Assembly (NCBI GenBank): GCA_030141605.1
Contig: JAQGDQ010000160.1
Coordinates: 248,001-312,000, forward strand
DNA length: 64,000 bases
Direction of reading: 5' to 3'
From: Tubiluchus corallicola
Lineage: Eukaryota > Animalia > Priapulida
Position 1 is the first letter of the stretch, and each line of letters starts with the position of its first letter. The notes beneath the pieces were generated by a model. It saw only the letters and a list, made by a program, of their open reading frames with translations. It ran no database searches and was not told the origin of the DNA. Positions 57,301 to 64,000 of the stretch are shown one piece after another. The position numbers and the translations under genes were made by a program.

Positions 57301-60300
57301 GCAAGCAGTTTAGTGGTTGTTTTGTTTAAAGCAAGTGTGAGGTTTAACACACACATACAAGTGAAACTTGGCTATCAGCCATTCTTTTTTGATATATGCG
57401 AGTTGTTCATGTGTTTATCATAACGGATTAGCAATATATGTTTTAGTACCTAGCATAACACCTCAGTTGGAAGGTTAGTGCAATATCAGATAATCATTGT
57501 TGTTATAATGTTACCTATCAACTTGAACCAGTCATCTACTTTTTGGTCAGCAAGAGTCTTTGCAGCTGATTTGCCTACTCTCATAATACCGTCCCGTAAT
57601 ACCCTGATAATTGGCGTGTGTTTGCCTAGCCTGCACACCTAAAAAAATATAATCATTTAAAAATTATTGGCCTGGTTGAAGTAGTCTAAACTGATGAGCT
57701 CTCACTAGTCAATATAAAGAAATACTTTATTGAGAACCTTTAAACTTGCGAAAGTTTAAGATAGCACCTAACATTGAAAATTAACATACGCTTAAACAGA
57801 AGCAAGATTTAAACATACCTCATATGTACTGCTCAACTCTTTAAAGAAGACCCGGACTGCATTCAAAATGTACTCATTGTCTGGTGCTACAACAACGTAC
57901 GCAATATCACGTGCAGTAGAGTAAGGCTCAAGCATAAGTTTGTCCCAGAAAGATACAGCATATGGAGATAAGGACATCCAGTCTTTCTCATGACCAACAA
58001 GTAAGGAAGGAATTGGTTGTGGTTCACATTGCTCCTCTGTACCTATAAAATTAAAGGCACATATAAATAATTCAGTACAATAAAACACAGAATTGCTTTA
58101 GCATTTTCTAGTTGGCATTGACCACGAATGTAACAGTTTTAGGATTCCAGGGTCAATCAAAACATCATCAAGGTCTTACAATTTTAGTAATCAGGCAAAT
58201 TATTTCCCACCATACAGCTAATAGTAGAACCGCACAGTAGTTCCAAAACTGACAGCACCGAATACCTTTGTGAATTCAGATACAACACAAAATAAAAACT
58301 ATCCACAGGAACAAAAAAAAAGTGTTTTGTACTTAATATAATTTGATCATTACTAAATTTGCAATTTAGTCACACTACTAACCTCTGCCAGCTAGTTTGT
58401 GAAACTGTTTCCAGGTCAAAGGCCCAGATACGCTGTACTCAGGTTCCCACAGACGAGTTTTGCGATTCTTCTGGACCGCATCTTGCAACAGTGGCTGCAT
58501 GGAACACAATAACCGCACAATGTCTTGCTCGTTAACAATAGTTTCCTCTGAAAAACAGAAGAAAGTCTTTGGAATTTATGTACACAAAACAAAAAACAAA
58601 CCAACAAAGGTGCACGGAGTGACATGTCAAAAATGACCATGACCAGATAGGACTTGCTATTCACTCAGAGGAACCAGGTACATGTCCTCCATTCACTCAC
58701 TAAACTACTCACACATTTGCCTGGGGTAGAATATCACTTATATGTTCTTTTAATATGAACTGCTCCAAAAAAACGACAGTGACTTATGTTAGGATCTGCA
58801 GTAAGAAGATATGAATACATGTACAGAAAAAAAAATTCACATAGCTAATTTGCTAGTGAAATGAAGTATCTCTTATGTTCTTTTTGAACAGGGGAGATTG
58901 TGGTTTCAGGCAGACAATTTCTTGTTAGAAATTCCGTAGAACAGCCCAATGAAAAGAAACTGGGCATATAAACAGCTGTGCTACATCTAGAAATGTCAAG
59001 AATTCAAGAATAAAATTATGAGAGAAATGGGCACAATTTAATTTTTAAATTTCTATCATTTCTAAATTACAATGCAAAGACATAAAGTAAACTGAATAAT
59101 ATAAAAAAACTGAACACTCAGATTTAAAATAAGTTGATAACTACGAAAATGTGGTTAATAATTTTAGTTATACCAGGAGCGTGATTCCAGGGATGTATAC
59201 ATGATCGCAGTGTATTTTCATCTGCTTTATATGCCATACAGCTATCAGAATACTGACGTGCTTGATCAAGAACCATTAAACAAGCTTCTGTACTATCTGA
59301 AAACAAATGGAACTTACATTATCTAAATTCAAATTCTGGAAACGTTGTAGTAATAGTATAAAATAACAAAAGTGAGGGATCAAAAACAAAAATTGATTCA
59401 CGCATCTCGGTCCGAGTATTAGCATAAGAGAAATCACTAAGCAGAAAATTAGCCATTTCACACAAGAATCCAATTGGTTATTGGCAAATGGCAATTAAAA
59501 TGAATTCTCTTGGAACACATATGCACGTTTAGCTATAAGCATTACAAGTGCTAGCTGCCAAAAATAAAATACTAATTTGGCATCACACGCCCCTAGATTT
59601 TTTTATTTTTTTTTGCTACAAATTACTTTTAACATTCTGCACAAAATCAAAATGTCAAGACCACATGTGATAATTATACATACCGATGATTTCTAGTTTC
59701 CTGGACTTTCTTGTATTAACACTATGTTCTTCAGCTTGTCTCATATATGGCTTCATATACTTATAAAATATAGTCAGCGACGAAAATGGACTGGAACACT
59801 GAGACTGTAATAACAGTAACAAGCCAGCTGGAGTTCTTTCCTGTTTGCCTTCACCAAGTTTGATCAAGCTAGGCTTACGAGGATAGCTGCCATCATCACG
59901 GATCCCAGTAATATCAACCTCATCCTCATAAAATAGTCCGACACCATGTGCGCAAACACGATTCCGTACAGCAGTGAATCCGCAAATGCAGTCCGAATAC
60001 TGTAGCTCGCTTATTTGATCGGGCAAATATAAACTACGGTCACCGCCACGGATGTTCATATTACACACACATATTTCACAACTGTCAAAGTTGTGGTCTT
60101 TGTAAATGTTCAGTACAGTGTCGGAAAGCAAGAGCGTGACAAGTAAACTGTGCACTTCTGGAAAGCTTGCCAGTGATCCTGTATCAACGGAATTCACATT
60201 TCTGTTCATATACGAGGAAGAATTAGAAGCAGGAGATTGCAGTTCAAAACTCATTGGACCACCGAGTCTGTTATCAAAATACACAGCCGGCGAATGAGAG

Positions 60301-63300
60301 AGCGGTGTCCGTGCCATGCTAATACTACCAGGAGTTTTGTCGATGTTGTGATCTATCATAGTTGGAGCTGGTGCCCTAATCGACCTGTAAAACAACCAAA
60401 ACATAATAAAACAAAATCCTATAAAACAAGATCTTGTAAAGTGTGCTAAAAGTATTACAATATATCTTTTAACTAAATATATATTAGTACTTACACTGGT
60501 TGATGTTTCTCAATTGCAGGAAGCGCATAATGCCACGAAGCCTTGTATATGCAGTCTTCGGGAAGAGATATTGCTGCAGGTAATGTAGTAAGTGGTGCAT
60601 ACTTTGAAGAACCAACAAATCGGTGAGCGGATGGAACTTTGTAGACAAACGACCAGTCCTAAATTAACAAAATTAATTAAATATAACCAATCACTGTATA
60701 GTCAGCAAAATTATGAAAAGAAATTTATTAATCACAAAATACCTGACATGTGTTGTGCATGTTCACAGCACATTTTTAATTGTATCAAAGAAATGGTTTT
60801 GAATAAAATAGAGTCAGCGATGCCAAATGTTGCACTAAGTGTAATCATTCGGAAAGCAGAAATTTCTTAAAGTCACAGTTATAAACATTATGAATCTTGA
60901 TTAAACAACACTCACCTTGATTGGCTCGTACTGAGGACTGCCCAGTAAGGACACTATGGTTGCTGTGGATACTGCTTCTGAGGTAGCGGCTTCCATAGAT
61001 GTTGTTTCACCAGTATTACCAGCGCATGGCGAGTATATGGGGTGATTGCCGCCTTCAGATGGTGGCGTAGGGTAAATGCGTGATAGCTCTGTATCTAAAA
61101 ATCAGTGTGACATATGAATATTCACTAATGTGATTTTACGAAGTAACAACACGAACTCTTTGAACAAATACCGCATGACAAATTACTCAGTACAACATGC
61201 AAAATTAAAGAAAACCGAATGATACATACCCATTGTCGGCTTGACTTGAGTTGCCTAAAAAAATCAGGAAAGCATTTAAAAAAATAAGTAGCAACGTTTC
61301 ACCAATTTTTTTGCTAAGAATTTTAAAAGTTACAGTGTTCAAAAAAGGCAAAAAACCTGAAAATGTTGGTTACAAACATTTTTCACACCTACTGATGTGC
61401 ACTGAACTGCTGCAAGAAAATAAAGGTCAGTAAAAATGTTTGCAGAAAAAAGGAAGTTCAAATAAATGCCAAAGTGCAAATTGTTGACACACTTGTTTTT
61501 AGTACGCTGTAATAGTCAGTATTATGCAGTATTGTTTGTTAGGCATTACTAATTTTTTCGGTTTTGAAAAAAGACTTTAAATGACTTACTTTTTTAAAAC
61601 ACAATCTTCGAACAAAAAATATTTTTATAGTTTACTGCATTGACAGTATAAAACCAAGAATAAAACGTTAATTCCTCTAGAACACAACATCTGTGAATGG
61701 CAGATGAATGGCAATGAGACGCAAGCAGGTGATAACTAATGCAAAAACATTAGCTGCAAAGGAGTTAAACCACTATACAATCCCTGGGGCGAAGTGTTCA
61801 AAAACCATTATGCAGGAACAAAAATGAGGCTCTGATAATATTAATTCTACGGGTAAATTTACTTTATTTATTTCTACAATACAACATATTCTCAACAACA
61901 ACTGAATGATTTGTCGCAAATTATATATATATCAAACAAACAGTCTTAGTCTCTAATGGAAGGCGAAAAACTCTTAAAAATGGACAGTTTTCTTCCGTTT
62001 TTTCTGCAAAATTTATAAAACTGAGATCTGAAGAACGAAATCGCAAAAGACGGAATGCTATGCATTTCCAGAAAAGGCTTTCAATGTAGGGTGTAAAAGG
62101 CATAGTTTGGTTTCTTTGGAGGTTCACGTGCGGATGCAATAAGCACTTTCCCGGTCCATCCACCTAATTTTCATAAAAAATGCAAACAGAGACTAGAAAA
62201 AAGAGACCATTCTACTGTGTTATAGAGCTACCAACTGTCTGAGAAATTTTAATGTCAAGATAATTTGATGAATAATACCAAGACAGAACAATGTAGCATT
62301 GTGGTGATATTCCTTAGAAAAAATAGAAATGTCTGGTAGTTTACTAGGTAGTGAAGCTGACATAGCACAGAAAAATATTAGCATTGACCGCATATTATAA
62401 ATTTACAAATGCCTTTGAAAATCCAAATCTCACCACGGAAACTAAACTACAAATTTTGTCACAACTAGTAGAACCTGCATTATTTTGTATGTAGAAATAC
62501 GTTGGGTATAAAATGGCAAAAGTATAAAATTCAAATCAGGATCTATATATACGTATGTAATTTAACAGACAAGAAAGAATGGAGTGAGGTCAAACAGAAG
62601 CGTTGGCTCAGATGGATTGGATGTCACCAGAATTCTCACTTATTACAGCATTATTTTACATAAAGCACTAGTACCTGGGAAGAAGCCAAGAAGAGGACAG
62701 TTGGTCACATTATTAAGATACTCTGAAGAGTGATTTTTCTCCACTTGACTTAAACAATGTAGATGCTTACATAACGGTAGATTGGGGAACTTGGTACCAA
62801 ATTATGAGTGGTACAATGATGCGTAACATCAGCACCTAAGATGATGATGATGATGATCATGACAGAGAGAGATATTATTATTGCTATGAAATATCTGTTA
62901 ACCTATTCATCAATACCAGGGCATTTAAGCAAAAGCTTTGAGGCATTAAGAAAAAACTATGTAGAATGTTTGCACATTGTTGACTGTGCACAGAATGCTT
63001 TTTGGGGTTTGGCTAATATATAATAAAAGTCAAGGCTGTTATCGAAACTGTATTTACATACTGAAACCAAAACTTTTCGAAACATAGGAAACCGATGCCG
63101 AACCGAAACACTTTTGCAAAACCAACTACTATTAAAACTGGAAAAAATTCTAAAATAGAATATTTTGTTTGTTTGCTTTCATTTGCTGTGATGCAAAATT
63201 ACTGATAAAAAGTGAATAGAAAAAGGACAAGGATGTTTTATAGTACAGAACCTCAACTTTGATGGAGTGGCTTACACTAGATAATGTGTTATAAAGTTTT

Positions 63301-63965
63301 TAGATTTAAGTATCCTTAATAATTAATATTTAAAGATCATAATGCTTCATTAAAAATAAACAAATTTTATTTTGTAGATATTTTTGTTGCTTATATTTCA
63401 AAAATTATAAAATTAAATGTGATTTTGCTTAAGTAAATTCAAACATGGTTTGATATTTCGGCCGATTGGGCCCTAAAACTTCACAGTCGTCAGCAATGAA
63501 AATATACCGCATTGCCGGTAAAAGCATATCACAAAATGTTATGCACACGAAATTTTCGCTTTGTTTGAACCAATAAGAGAAAAAGGAAAATTGGATAAAT
63601 ACTAGCAAAACCTTGGGAAAATGCTACCAAAATTTGGAAAAATTATTTTCAAATCGATTCTCAAATCAGTAAGTAGTCCCACTAACCGATTTGCAGAAAA
63701 AAAAACAATCTCAAACAGCTAACTGTCATTATTAAAATCAAAATACTGCAATTCTTACTACAATATGTTTCAGCACAAATAAAACAGATTCATAAAATAA
63801 ACAATTTACCGTATCAGTTTCTCCTTCATCGTTTTCTTCGTCTGTGTCAAATATTTGGTCAAGGTCACTGCTTGTGGGCTTCAAATCTTCTTCTCTCATC
63901 AAATGACCGCTATGAGGTCCAACTCTTGGAGTAGCACTTGGGGGCGATCCAAATGGAATTTCCTC
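51371..63965 (-). CDS. MED13: Mediator kinase-module subunit 13, 3' portion (5' exons lie beyond the window)
   Basis: Exons (minus strand): 63965-63810, 61254-61230, 61094-60916, 60658-60495, 60384-59684, 59296-59174, 58547-58383, 58042-57819, 57638-57515, 57164-57105, 56988-56854, 56575-56331, 55930-55739, 54940-54720, 54589-54447, 54254-53980, 53557-53342, 53186-53028, 52477-52359, 51503-51371. Motifs: [118 protein letters not shown]. Confidence 0.96.
62839..62862 (+). repeat. (GAT)n microsatellite, possibly a retroelement tail
   Basis: gatgatgatgatgatgatcatga. Confidence 0.7.
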
Positions 63966-64000
63966 CTTAAATGAAGCGACAAATCAAATCAGCATCAGTA

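Noticed and set aside
61921-62163. 80-aa minus-strand ORF with an upstream AG as an extra MED13 exon
   Set aside because: No MED13-like sequence, no convincing donor, and not needed for frame continuity. Probably repeat-derived.

Overview
AT-rich, intron-rich animal (invertebrate-like) genomic DNA, not prokaryotic, so most ORFs in the six-frame track are spurious or exon fragments. Splicing by hand gives five genes: the last exon of RRM1 (+); a complete NudE/NDE1-NDEL1 gene (+, 8 coding exons, ~302 aa); a complete Delphilin/GRID2IP-type PDZ-formin (-, 23 coding exons, ~1,670 aa); a complete STRAP (+, 6 exons, ~331 aa); and the 3' part of MED13 (-, 20 exons, continuing past the window end). 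Introns and UTRs carry LINE remnants, a deleted Tigger/pogo element and several MITEs. The most striking signal is in the Delphilin-type gene. Its spliced reading frame is fully intact, but its FH2 domain has lost the tryptophan lasso, the GN(Y/F)xN post motif and the conserved actin-binding lysine together, which points to a non-dimerising 'pseudo-formin' scaffold. The same gene has a U12-type minor intron, an apparently duplicated harmonin-N-like domain, a tandemly multiplied splice acceptor and long intronic inverted repeats. All exon coordinates were derived by hand from GT-AG boundaries and frame continuity. Homology calls rest on remembered family motifs; no database search was run.
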